Shown here piece after piece: positions 49,401-62,299 of a stretch of 64,000 nt of DNA. Under the pieces are notes generated by a model. The model worked only from the letters and a program-made list of their open reading frames with translations. It was not told where the DNA came from and searched no databases. This DNA is from Acanthaster planci. Taxonomy: Eukaryota. How positions within the stretch are numbered: the first letter of the stretch is position 1; each line of letters opens with the position of its first letter. Position numbers and translations under genes: made by a program. The stretch is taken from contig NW_019091360.1 in the NCBI RefSeq assembly GCF_001949145.1, positions 2,974,864 to 3,038,863 on the forward strand, in the 5' to 3' direction.

Positions 49401-52400
49401 AAGGCAATGTCAGCAAATTCTTTGCGCCTGGCGCGGTACACAGGATCAGTGAAGCCCTGTGGAAGCATCAAGGGGAATTAAGAAAATTCATTACTTGCTG
49501 TACAAGAAATTTGGAAAGTCACAAGGAATGGATAAATCTGTAACTTTTACTCAACAAACAAAACAAAAAAACCACGAAATTTACATCTCTTTAGACTTAA
49601 AATCACTGCACTTCCAAAATACATTTGTGCGCTATGTTTTTGTCCAAAAATGTATGCTATATGCTTTTTAAATTGTTATTTTTGTAGGATAAAAAAGACT
49701 GCTGAACCAAAATATCTACAAAGTAGTGAGGTTGTGTTATCAACAAACAGAAGGGCGGCATCTGTGTGATCGGTGCAGTGACCACAATATATTAGCTCCA
49801 TGATCCGTAATTCCGTTTACACATTAAATACATGTACATGTAGCTTATGAATTAAGTGACTGCAAACAAAATTAATTTGCCATGGGCTACAGGGTGATAG
49901 TACAGCAACATGTAGGTAAACAACTTGAACTGTTGGGCAAATGGTTTGGCTCAGCTCTGTGGAAGCCACCTCGTTTGCATAAAGCCTTTGCTTCATTTGA
50001 TGTAGAAGCAAACATCAGCAGCATTTAATATGCTAGTGGCATTCTAAGAAATTATAAACTACTACAACCTTTTTTAATAACGAAAGAGGGAGTTTAAAAG
50101 ATTCCTACCTGATGTAAATAAAATTAAAGACGTCATCAAGGCAAAGGAAATTCCTACATGAACATCATTTTTCCTACTCAGGCATAACAGATATGGACTG
50201 TAACTTTGTTAACCTGAATGTGGCCTTAATGTACAGTGAATATGTACAAAATAGATGTGATTATGTGCTACGCACCCTTTGGTCTAAAGAGGGCGCTACA
50301 CTCTGCATCACTGTGAAACACCGCTGCTTCTCTAATTCTCGCGCTTGAAACATTGTGGCAGCGGTGGTAATTAAGCATCATGAACATTCATAGAAGCTTC
50401 TGCAACTAATGTTTATCTGCTGTTGACAACATTTCTGGCCTAATTGGCACAATATTTGGCTGTTTTCTGAGATCTGTCATGCAATGTGACTGATTTTCAC
50501 TGCATGTAACCTACTGTACATATGGACATATATAACTGTGGCTAATACGCCTATATCATTTTTGTATATACACTGTAGGTCATTCCATGAGGTTAGGGCA
50601 CAACTTGTGACAGTTTCCATTGTTACGTGGGTTCCGTAAAAATGAAAAGCTATTTCCCTGCATGTGAATTCCAAATTATACATCTTGCAAAGGCTGAATA
50701 CAAAGGTGTGTATTATTTTTACAGAGTAAATGGCCAACTCTACTGGTCATGACAGGCGGTAAAAGTTACAAATGTAACAAGGACACCGTCCCAAATTGTG
50801 CCCCAACCTCCTGGAATGACCCCTATGTGAATTCTGCCAAGTTAACTGGAATAATGGCCATCTCTCTCTCACAAGGACATCGACAAATGACTCTTCATCA
50901 CTCCAAGTGTAATCTCTGCTCTCTGTTTTGCTGATACATCTACTGCATGTGAGTACTGTTGGCTACACCATAAACTGAATCTCTGCTCTCTGAACAAAAT
51001 ACTCCTGGAGCCAGGGGTACCCATGGAGCCTTTTTAATAGCTCCATGTGGTACCCAAGCTGCTTCCAGCTCTAATAATGTGGAGCAGTATAAAGAGCCAC
51101 ACATCAATCCACCGTCGCAATTTCATGCAAGTGCCAAGGATGCATCCGAAGAGTGGAAGAGGTGGCGTCAAATATGGGACTTTATTGTATTCTCAAAAAC
51201 CTAGCAAGCCAGACTGAGGCTTACCAGACTGCACTATTGCTCCATAGCATTCAATTTGATGATCCTGCGGACAGACAGAAATGCTCAAAGATTCTGGAGA
51301 AATCTGACTCACATTTTCTGGGCCAACGTCAAGAATTTTCTGAACGATTCAAATTCAACCATTGTAACCAAGAGCACACTGAGCAATACATTTCTTCAAT
51401 CCGCAACATGAGCAAAACATGTGGCCTCTGTGAGGGTATGACAGACAAACTCCTGACGGACCGCCTATTGATGGGCGTACGTGATGATAAAATGAGAGAG
51501 AAGATGATGGCACCTTATGATCTCACTTTGACCAAGGCAATTGACATCTGCAAAGCAGTTGAGGTGGCAACTTGCAGATGAAAGCCATGAAGACGGAAAC
51601 TGTATAAAAAGTGAAACCGAAAAAAATCTGACAAAAAGCCACCAAAAGTCAAAGTAGCACCCCCTCGCAAAGCTCCAGTCGTGAAATTGGGAAACCGTCC
51701 ACTAGGCGATGCAAGTTCTGTTGTGCCAACCACCCTATGAAGAAGGAGCTTTGTCCAGCCTGGGGACGTACCTGTGATTCTTGCGGTGCAAAGAAAAACA
51801 CTTCAGGAGGTCGAGTGGGCAAGAATCACCGTATTCATGCAGTTGAAGAAGATGGATACACGTCTCTGTCAGCAGAGAGTGTGAGCTGTGTCACGGCGGG
51901 TATTGTCCCAGTGACAGGTGATAACAAGCCAGTGCACTGCACCATGGAAATCAAGAGTGAGCCAGTGCGGTTTCAAATTGACTGTGGTGCAACTAACAAC
52001 TTGATTCCTAAGAAATATGTCACTGACGTCCAACCAGCTGATATCGAGCTCAAAATGTGGAACAACTCCTGCATGAGTGCTGTTGGCAAAAGCAAGGTAA
52101 AGCTTTGTAACCTGGTGACACAGAAAAAGTACAAAGTCAAATTCGTGACTGTAGACGAGGACCTCACACCTCTCATTGGTTGGAAAGCTGCTGAACAGAT
52201 GGGACTCATCACCGTCAACTAAGACAAGTTCTCTCAAGTCCACCATGTTACGCCGACTCATGCTGACTTCATCAGTGAATACCCTGATGTTTTCAATGCA
52301 TCTGCCACTGGTGCTCTGCCTGGCCAAAGAATACACTTTACCGTTAGCTCAGATGCCAAGCCTGTAAACCGTCCCACACGAACAGTTCCTGAGTCACTCA

Positions 52401-55400
52401 AACCTGCTGTGAAAGCTGAGCTCGAGAAATTGGGATGTGAAAGTAGAGGTTGATGAGCCCATTAGATGGGTCAGTCAAGTGTCTGTAGCCCAGAAGAAAC
52501 TTGGTTCTGTCAGAATCTGCATCGATCCTGGTCCCCTGAATAAATACCTCAAAAGGGAGCACTACACCCTTCTCAAGGTACTTGAGACAACCGAGAGAAT
52601 TGTCTTCTGGCCTGGCATGACATCCGAAATCCGCCAGTGGATCGAGTGCTGTGAGACATGCAGAAAGTATGAGGTATCCCAAGCCAAAGTCCCATTGATG
52701 TCCCATGACATACTTGAGCGACCCTAGGAAAAGCTTGCCATTGACCTGTTCCACCCCCACTACTACCTGTTGCATTGGAATCCCCAGCATCACTTGCCAA
52801 CCCAAATCCGGAAACCACTACCACTACTAGAACACAAACACTACGCAGATCATCCCGCACTCGACATGAACCACTTAAATTCCAAGACTGTGTTCAATTC
52901 TAACCACAAGTTAAAAGAACAGAGCCAGACCAAAATCGACTGATTTTCCCAATCAGTTTTAATGTGTTCTGTTCTATACAAAACTAAAACCAAAAGAACC
53001 GAATTCTACAAAAGCTGCTCTCCACCAAGATTTTTGGATTAAAACACACACAAAAAGTAGTTTAGTTTTTTTCAAAAAGTAGTCTAGTTTTGCATGTTCC
53101 ATTTAACCATTTAGTAATTTAGACTTGGAAGCCAGCACTTGAAGGCTCCTATTGCACTACAGCACAATTACAAAAACACCTGGGCCTACTTCGAGTAGCT
53201 GTTGCTCTGCATGCATATCGACCACGTGAAGGCGTAACTTTTGAACTCTGATTACAGACTCAAAAAAATCAAAAGGCAACAGACTGTTGAATACATGAAC
53301 TCAATACACCCCAAATCAACTACAGTACAGTATTTGTAAACTTATTTGGAAACTCCGTGTTAATTTAAGTCAGAGGAGGATGTTACAATATGTGCTATGC
53401 ACCCTTTGGTCTAAAGAGGGCGCTATACTCTGCCTCACTGGCTGCTTCTACAAAGTGCAGAACTTGAATGAATACTCGTGAAACTCGTGTCGTTTTTTGT
53501 GTCATACCAGCGCTTGAACCATCTTCATCACGATTTTCAGAAAAATGAGGAACAATTTCGTAGTGTTCTTTGTTTAGATTGGCAGACAAGCATGCAGATC
53601 TGGGCTTACAGTGATTATAATATCTCAACTCACAGAGAGGTCACGCTGTGACTTATGGCGTCATCGTACATAATGAGTACACGTGTTGAGTGCCTAAGAG
53701 ACAACACTACCAATTTCACGACATAAGATGCCAAATTTCGTCACCACCTGTTACATATACATGCTTATTGGTTTGAATATTAAACAGGATAAAAAAATTA
53801 CAATGAAATTAATAGCCTTCAGTATATCCCGTAATTCATGATCCATGCAACGTTGAGAGGTGTCTTATCACTGGGTAAACTTGGCATGACCACGGTTACC
53901 AGTTCATAGATCACATCTATGCCATGCAGTGTTTTGTTTAATGCAGCAACTTGACTCTGAGGAATTTCAAAATTGACTGTGTGGTTATGAGAATGCGGTG
54001 CAGTGACAAGAAGCTGCAAAGTACAATGCTTCTGAGTTCAAAAGTCCGTCAAAACGGAATTTAGACTTTATCCCAAGGGGTGGAAGTGGGAGGGGCTTGG
54101 TTGAAGGTGGGGGGTGTCAGTAAAACAGTTTACTCACAGGATGGTCGGCATCTAACTCTGCTCCGTAGCTCAAGATGTTGTTGGCAAACTCGTCCGTATC
54201 CTTGATCCTCCTTGGAAACCACGGAACTATAAGTGGAGAAGAGATGCCACAAACAAACACATTCAATCCGTGTGTACATGTAACTGGGAATAAGGCAATG
54301 GTTTTTGCTGAAAACAAGCTGAGAATGGTCAGTGGACATGTATGGGAGATGCTTATGGCACAAGCTGTGTGAACATGGAACTTGACAGCGAAACCTGCCC
54401 AGGTTAAGAATAAAATGGGAACTATAGCTAATATTTCTACATTGGAACAGCAACTTGGAATCCCAAAACATTCCACACCGGATCTAAAAGAATATTACTT
54501 TTGAGGCTGGTAAGAGCCTGGAATATGGAACATTATGGAATTTGCAATTCTTTTTATTTAAAAAAAGCATATCTCCTTAGGGAAGTGACAGCTTGGATTT
54601 CAATGTCGTGAACTCCTCATTAAAAAATAAAAAAATGCTGATGAAACAACTCACTGTGACAAGCGATAGAAATGCTCTTTGTTTTCTCTGACAACAAACA
54701 TCAGGCTAGCCAGACGCATTTGACATGTATTTCCATACACCTCGGATAAATTCACTCTACATGTTTACAAGACACTTCTACACGGCCTCCCTGCCTTGGT
54801 CATATATGAGCCAATACTTGCTCCAAAATCTGCATTTTACTTTCAACCTAGATGACCCTCAAGTTTGCTTGAAGGGTATAGTTTTCTTCAAGACTTCAAG
54901 TCCAAACTTTTGCAGGTCGAGACCAAGACTGAAACCTTGACTTCTGAGACCAAGACGGAGACCGAGACCAAACATTGCTTTACACTTTCTACCCAAAGGT
55001 AAACGAGGACAAGTGGCATAAGAGGATAAATTATTTTGAACATATCAAACAAAAAATTAACATATAACACCAGCAAACATAAATATATTTAATATTTCTT
55101 CAAGATAGATTTTGGATTTTTTGCCCTGCCCGACGTGTATTAAATGAGTAAGTTTACTTGAGAGTTCATGGAACAGCCTGTGTTGATTGTATAAGGGAGT
55201 AAGAAATACACTGTCTTTATTCAGTAAAAACGGATAAAATTTACTATAAAATCAACATCCATCTACAAAACCCATCCTTGGAAATATTTCTTCAAAACTT
55301 TCATTTTACCTCTAGGAAATACAATATAGTTGTGAAAGGCTGCATACTTATGATATGTCAATATCATTACCAAGCGTATGGTTTAATTATGACCATGACC

Positions 55401-58400
55401 TCCCAAGCCTACTTGGATCTAATTTCAACTAAGATGTATGGCATATTTCCTTGTGTGCCGGCAAAAGGTTGTAAGCGCGCTTATGCCCTTTTGCCAGGAA
55501 GCATGATCAGAGCAGAAAAAAACAGAAAAATGTAGGAAACACACTTTTTATCAAGTAAAAACGGATAAAATTTACTACAAAATCAGCACAGGCTGTACAA
55601 AAAGCAACCTTTGAACAACTTATTAAATGACGTGGAATTTTTTTTAACTTTTTCCAAAGACAAAGTGAATATCCAAATAAGATCTGGTAGTAGAATATGT
55701 ACATTTATCGGCTTATAAGTGACAACGTTGATTACTTTATTAGTAAAAAAACCAAACGAAAATAATATATATATGAAGAAACTAATATATATAGGATGAA
55801 AGTGAAGTAAATCCTAAACGAAACAAGTAAAGGGAGAACCAATCTATATATAGGACAAAAATACATTTAAAGTACAAAGGTGGTTTATATAGGACGAAAA
55901 ATAATTGATACATGATCATATCCGTCGTGTTGAGCAATACTTTCCAAGGCTGTCACCTGTGCTGGAAATACTACATCCTGCATTGACTAGTCTCCATTCA
56001 TGCATCAATTTCATTCTTTATCATAAAAATTTGAACATTATGGTGTTGTATAATTTACATCCATGTTTGGAAACTAGACTCGTTTGGAGGTCAGCTGGTG
56101 AGTGCGTTCATGAGTGGTAGCCATAGGTGCACACTTTGTTGTGGTCTCGACAGGTCTCGAGGGGCAGACCCAAGACATTGACATCCGAGACCAAGACCAG
56201 CACTTTCGAGACGTGTGACCAACCCTTCCAAGACCAAGACTCCAATAGGGCGAGACCGAGACCACAAAAAAGGTCTTCAGGCGGTCTCGAGACCAAGACC
56301 AGGTCTCGAGACCTACAACACTGGTTTAATGGAAGTGTACAAATTGGGCTAGTCATCAGGAAACCTTTCAGTTCTGTTTGGATGGACTGCACGTGAAGAC
56401 TATCCACATGTTTAGCTAAGCAAAGACTCCTAACGGAGCTTTTATGGAGGATACTTAGGGAGCTCTCATTAGCATAAATCAGATGACTGAGACTGTTATC
56501 ATGACTTCTCTTTCACAGCCAAGCAGGTTGCAGCTCGTCAATGGACTGGTACATCGAATCTGTATAAGAGCTAATGCAGTTCTCACTTCAGGCGAACGTG
56601 AAATGCACAGTGTATTGGATGTCACGCATCCTTGGCAATAAAATTTGCTCAAGCTCCACTTTTGCAAATGCAACGCACCAATACATGTATTTAAGCTGGC
56701 ATTAGAGTTTCACGTTCGTGTTTACTTTCACGCCAAGCATTTGTCTCAAATATGAAAATTAACAGCCCATTGCAGTACACGTCATGGTAGTTTCCTGGGG
56801 CTATCATTGAGGTTAAAATAAGGATTTACATGTATGCTTGTCCATTTTTCTATGGTGTGACAGTGACTGGCTTTCTCTCATAATGCCTTGTATGTATCTA
56901 AACCTTAGACAACTTATAAAATTGTACTTCGGATGTCATTACAGAACATGAAATTAAACTAAGACATGTAATGACCAAAAGCAGACGTGACCACACAACA
57001 TTCCTGAACAAAATGTTGAGGTAAAAGTTCCACGGACAAAAATATTTTTGGTATTTTTAGTTTTCACTTTGGTTTTTGTGCTCAAACCATTGAAAATGTG
57101 ACAGTGTGTTCTGATGTAACCTTCTCGTTTCAAAAGCTGATAAAGGGCGGAATAAAATTGATCAAGCCAAGTATGTTTTGTCCAACTCTTTTGCCCAACT
57201 TTAATGGCATTCACTGCTGGCTATGTCGCGGTCTGCTGACCGTAATGACGTGGCTTACTTTTCTCGACAGAGCCTTTTCGTCGATGGATAAGTGCAATGA
57301 TTTCATGTGCAGGGGGCAGAGCAGGATGGTGTCACATCGCAAAGCATGATGGGTAACATGCATGGGTTTGAAAATAAAGCAAATAAACAAAAAGAAACCA
57401 AGATTAACCACTTCCAATTAAAACACAAAGGGCACATTAACTGTACTTGAAATGTTTCCATCCACCTTTCCTCGCATTCACTGAACCAAATTGATCAATA
57501 TGGATCCATTTCAAAAACTCACAATCCAAATACATTACCCTGATGGCAAAACGGGCTCATTAATGAAGTCAACTTAAAGGCTCATAAAAAGCTTTGGAAA
57601 ATGTCTAATTCCCAAGGTATCCATTATTGTACTGCTAGGCAGGGCGGTTTGATTCCACCATGGAAGCTTGAAGGCCATTTTCCATTTTCTCACAAAGTGG
57701 AATTACAAATTCTCTTGGCATGTATACATAGAAAGAGAATAACTTTCTCATGGTAAGGACAAGACCAAGCTTTTGAAAAGTTCACTGATTGAAAATGGTG
57801 CACAGTGAAGCGGGTGGCAGGGTGTGGCTACATGAGGCATTGGAATGTCGGAGAGAGTGGCATTTGCAGCCACGACACTTCACAGTTTGTTCATTTCCGC
57901 AAAAAATGAATTTATATGCACATGTTTTGACTACTTCGTATGTCATCTATTAGTGTTGGTTTCCAGAAGATCAAAAAAGGTATAAACCTTCGGGAGCCGG
58001 ACAAGATTTTCCCAGAGTTTTTCTTCTTAGAATTCAGAGACGAGGTTTCATTTCTGGGTTTTCGCCGGTCCAAGGGTATTAAGGTATTCAACAGAGAGAT
58101 TTCGAGGTATAAAATCTTATTTTGGAACATTGTTCGATTGATGTATGATGTATTGTATCTATAAGTAACGAAATGTTTGATTCCACAGCACGAGTAAACC
58201 AGTGGAATGACACAAAATTATAAGTTGTTTTGGGGTGTTTAAGCTGGAGTGTTGGGACTGAGTTGAGATCTGGTTCGGGCCTTGCGTCTGGTTTCAATGA
58301 TCGAGTTTCTGGGATGAGAGCTTCTACAGCTTACTCGTATTTTCTTCTTGGGAGCGCGACAACACGTGGACGTATGTTGCTTCCTCTTTCAGCTTATCCA

Positions 58401-59456
58401 GGACAGTGTCCAACTTGTCCGCCTTCTCTTCGCAGATGACCAGAAACTCATGGCTGCCCTCGTCCCCCTTGGAGGGGCGGGACTCAATGTGCGACAAGTT
58501 GAAGCCATGTTCCTACGGCAAACAGAAACAGGTAGTAGTAAGTTAAAATTTGTCCTCGGCAAATGTGGCTGCCCAGGCTGGGATTCATCTCCAGTTTTGA
58601 AGGCATGCAACAGCTTAGACAATCTTTAAAGATGCCCTCCCAAAACTACCAGTAGTGCCTGCATCCTAGTCTAATCCTTAAGTGACTTATCGGCAACTTG
58701 TCAGTGAGCAAGCCTGAACACTGAAGTTACCATGAGTAATCTTATTTCAGCATTTCCCCTGCGAGCGGGAACAAAAGAGGGCGCATTTTGTTCGCGTGTG
58801 CTTTTACTAGCACAGGACAGGCTGACCACACACGGACCATTTTTGCATGGTGTCTGTGTGTGCGCCTGGCACGCACCTGAGCCAAGCTGAAATACTTTCC
58901 ACCAGCCTGTCACTTCTTTGCCGGTCTAGGCACACTGTAACTTGGGCAGCTAGCTAGCCATAGGTACATCGATTTACGGCCGCGAATATATAATGTCAGG
59001 GTAAGGTTCTACCTCACTAGTCTCTGATGAGTCACACACCCAACGCTCAAACTCAAGCCCCTCAGCTTTCTATCAAGCCATTACAAAATGATGTCCACAC
59101 TTCCTGAATGTATTCCAACCCTCTGATTGATTTGGACGTATTTTAACCCTCTGAGTGGTTTCAATTGTATTTTCCATCTTTTGCTACTGGTACAGCATGG
59201 TCTTCCAATTATCTCCTGATGCCGTCCAGCGAGATTTGCTCAAATGCAAATTACAAAATGCCCGTTAACTTTTTGCCGACCGTAAAAAATACTTAAATAA
59301 TTAACTCATCACCTGTTAGAAAATCACTGTCCACGTTAATTTTGTACATACTTCAAATAACTTGAGAGTGCGAGCGAGTATTCCAACTTCCTCCTTCAAG
59401 CCAAACATGAGGGATGTACGGCCATTCTCCCCTCTCACTTCCGAGTTACCTTTCCC
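40475..59456 (-). CDS. PAH: Phenylalanine-4-hydroxylase-like gene (copy B), exons 2-13; exon 1 not identified
   Basis: Exons: 59352-59456 (...[18 protein letters not shown]), 58335-58512 ([14 protein letters not shown]...), 54138-54226 ([29 protein letters not shown]), 49389-49456 ([14 protein letters not shown]...), 48006-48202, 46252-46387 ([44 protein letters not shown]), 44970-45039 ([13 protein letters not shown]), 44103-44159, 43672-43767 (CYFFTVEFG...LLSSYGELQ), 42875-43008, 41060-41175, 40475-40518 ([14 protein letters not shown]). All introns are GT-AG and the 1290 nt frame is open. Confidence 0.93.
41730..42288. repeat. 35-bp minisatellite with a 175-bp higher-order repeat (intron 11 of copy B)
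   Basis: Unit is approximately GACTTGTAATCTGACTTCTGATATGACCTGTGATT. The variant pattern beginning at 41861 recurs at 42036 (5 x 35). Confidence 0.85.
44296..44680. mobile_element. MITE with TAGTCTGGTTT terminal inverted repeats (intron 8 of copy B)
   Basis: TAGTCTGGTTTTCAGA...TCTGGAAACCAGACTA. Similar single ends occur near 20719 and 35783. Confidence 0.55.
46567..47018. other. Assembly gap
   Basis: Run of N in intron 6 of copy B. Confidence 1.
48480..48651. mobile_element. Palindromic MITE family 1, copy 4 (intron 5 of copy B)
   Basis: Same inverted arms and spacer as the other copies, flanked by TA. Confidence 0.75.
50256..53439 (+). mobile_element. Degenerate, internally deleted Ty3/Gypsy-like LTR retrotransposon in intron 4 of copy B
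   Basis: Gag-like remnants at about 51090-51800, aspartic protease motif FQIDCGAT near 51970, RT N-terminus (WVS...[19 protein letters not shown]) fused to an integrase Zn-finger ([19 protein letters not shown]). A direct repeat TATGTGCTA.GCACCCTTTGGTCTAAAGAGGGCGCTA.ACTCTGC.TCACTG occurs near 50262 and 53389. The second copy follows the polypurine tract AGAGGAGGA and a TG start at 53381. Many stops and frameshifts. Confidence 0.85.
50578..50823. mobile_element. MITE nested in the 5' part of the Gypsy element
   Basis: TA|GGTCATTCCATGAGGTTAGGGCACAA...TTGTGCCCCAACCTCCTGGAATGACCCC|TA. Confidence 0.7.
56140..56323 (-). mobile_element. DNA transposon end with GAGACCAAGACC subterminal repeats; matching segment near 54890-54972
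   Basis: Reiterated GAGACC(A/G)AGACC motifs ending GTCTCGAGACCTACAACACTG, which gives a CAGTG terminus on the minus strand (hAT-like). Confidence 0.55.
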
Positions 59457-59970
59457 CTGTCACAACAACAAAAGGAAAAACCCAGATCAAAATTCGTGAA
59501 CCAAGGTCAAACTCACATGATGAAAAACTGAATTATGTTTCTATGATATATGATTATGATGTCAATTGCTTAAAAACATCACATCAACCGATAGATGAAT
59601 CGTCCAGAATATGTCACTGCCTGATTCATTCCAATGCATGACATAGACATGGTGCAGAGGACTGCAATAATTCTGATCCATATACGTGTAGTGTTTAGTA
59701 AATTCATGAAGAATGTGTTAAGTCCCCAATCGCTCAATATTTCTGAACTCAACGATTATGCAGGCTTTCATTTCGGTGGGGATTTAATTTGGATGATAGA
59801 CGAAATGATCCGTGGAATCCATGTGCTGTGTCTCCTCATGAATATCAATCTTATAAACATTCTTGCGTATACTGGTATGTGTTATTATACGCACACATCC
59901 AAGCATCTTTTTTTAATTAACCCTAAAGGAACCGGGGGAGGAATCCAGAGACCACTCCATCATTTCTTCA

Positions 59971-60082
59971 GCAATAACGTTGCAATGCAATAACGTTGCA
60001 ATGCAATAACGTTGCAATGCAATAACGTTGCAATGCAATAACGTTGCAATGCAATAATGTTGCAATGCAATAATGTTGCAAT
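59971..60082. repeat. 16-bp tandem repeat, 7 copies
   Basis: (GCAATAACGTTGCAAT)x5 followed by (GCAATAATGTTGCAAT)x2. Confidence 0.9.
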
Positions 60083-62299
60083 GTATTATTTTCTTGATTA
60101 GGCTTTGGTGAATCTCGTCAGTATTGTCTTAAGATCATCACTTTCATGGAAATTTGGCATTTAGACATTATTCTATAGAACTGCTCACTGACAAGACAAC
60201 TGCCCATGGGCCAACATGCCAGTGATAACAAAACCAGTTGTAATACATGTAGACATTAATGTTGACTCTCCAACTTTCCCTTTTCCCAATCATCTTGAAA
60301 TCAACTATTAGTCTTTTCAATTTGTTACATATCCATTTAAAAGGTCATGACAATCATATCATGATGACAACTTCAAATTTCATTTGTGTGCAACATTCTT
60401 GTGTTGACTTTAAAGAAAATTGTAAATCTATTTATAAAACTATACGTTAAATGTTCACAATAGTACCTACATGGGCAATTGGGAAATAACTTGAAAAACC
60501 TTGAATTCCTTGGAATTCACACACTATACCTAAAGATAGTTTTTATTTCAACAATTCGGAATTCTGTTTAATTATTACCAGTGAAGCAGAACACAATCAG
60601 CCTTTGAGTGTCATTACAGACTGCCAGTTCTTTTCATCAAGTAAAAAGCACTTTATCTGAAACAGCGTTTCACTGCACATGGAGCACCTGCTGGCCAACT
60701 ACATTAAACCACAAGTGCATGTACAAGTACATAGCGTTAACATGTAATTGGCTGGTATCAACTGCAAGCAACAAAATTTAACTGGCCATTCATTCAATAG
60801 GCGCCAGATAATGGTGTATTGCCCTTGGAAACCGTTGACGCATAACCCTGTTCTGATGGGCCCGAGTATTGCATCCTGTAGGCCTACCCGCACAATCTAG
60901 TGGCCTTTATTTTGCACCACCAAGAGGGCTGGTAAAATCACACACATGTATTTTTATGTCTGGCTGACAGTCACTGTCATTACAAAAGCTACAAAATGAT
61001 TTAATCGGTGTTTTAAAAAAAATCAAATGAAATGTGTAAATTTGACTTTTTAGAGCAATGGTGCAAATGTTCATTTTGAGGTGAAATGATCACACACCGG
61101 CCTGGGTGTTGTTCCAAAAACCTTTGGTTTCAACTTAACAAAAATAGTTTTCTCGTCAGCCACACATCTCAAAGCCCTGTACAATTTTAAGGAAATGGAC
61201 AATTTTAAAGAACAAGAAACCAATAACAAAACCAAATTTAAAAATCCTGTTAAAATGAAAACAAAAATGCCTGCTAACAAAGATGAGTTTAAAGACTTTT
61301 AAGAGTTTCAAAAGAAACAACAGATTATATTTCAGCTACTTAAGTACTAAGATAGACAACCGCTGTACGTAGTAAATCATTAATTTTTACAGAAATCAGT
61401 CGAGTTCTTTAATACCTCTTCACGTGCCTCTGCACGGACAGACATTGAAATTAGAACCTACATGTATGCAAATTTAATGTCACAACTGGTAAGCAGATTT
61501 TGTTCTGGATGTCCATTCTTTGACAACAACAGGGAATATCGACTTTGCAGGAGCATGATTTTTGTCCACTAAAACTGCAGTGGACACGCTTGTTCAGTTG
61601 TTGGAGGTGCTTGTGAGCGTTGAAACCCTTTTAGAAATTTCCAACCACTAGGGGAAATCCTGCTGCATTGATGGGCCTTCTTACTGTGTTTTGTGTCAGA
61701 TACCGGTTGGGAGTTTTGGGAGCACTGCTGCAAAAATTCTTCATCAGCTATACAGAAATATAAACACTGTAGATGTAAAGTTCTGAAAATCACATTTGCA
61801 AGGACATATCTGTCCGATTGAAGGTGACTCGAATCCCACCCCACACCACCCCCCCCAGAAAAAAATAGTCTCAAGGCCAACACTTACTAAGTTAAAGTTC
61901 ATACATTAGAAAGGACAAACTGTGCTCTTTGTCTTGGCGTATCATTAAGTTTGGAATTCTGATAAAAATGGTTGTTACTCACATGAAAATGTCAATTCTA
62001 CAGATTAAAATAATAGAACGTGTAAGATTCTCTTCAAGGCTTTTTTCTCTCTTTTGGCAGGCGTCCATTTCCTCGTCCGATCTCGCATTTCCTTATCTAC
62101 GTGTACCTCAGGCTTACAATTACATGGCACATCTTACTCAACTGTCACAGTTAGAAACTGTCCATTTTTCACAAGATCATATCAAGATAGAGCATAGAAG
62201 TCAATCCTTTCTAAATGGGAATCAACAGCTGTTTTCATAATTCCCCCAAGTTCACTACTTCCCTCATAAGTTTGGACATTAATACTCAGTAAGTGTGGG

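Noticed and set aside
40475..59456. Calling copy B a true TPH ortholog
   Set aside because: Only the W326F position is TPH-like. It has GLLSSRDF rather than GYLSPRDF, and it is a nucleotide-level paralog of copy A.
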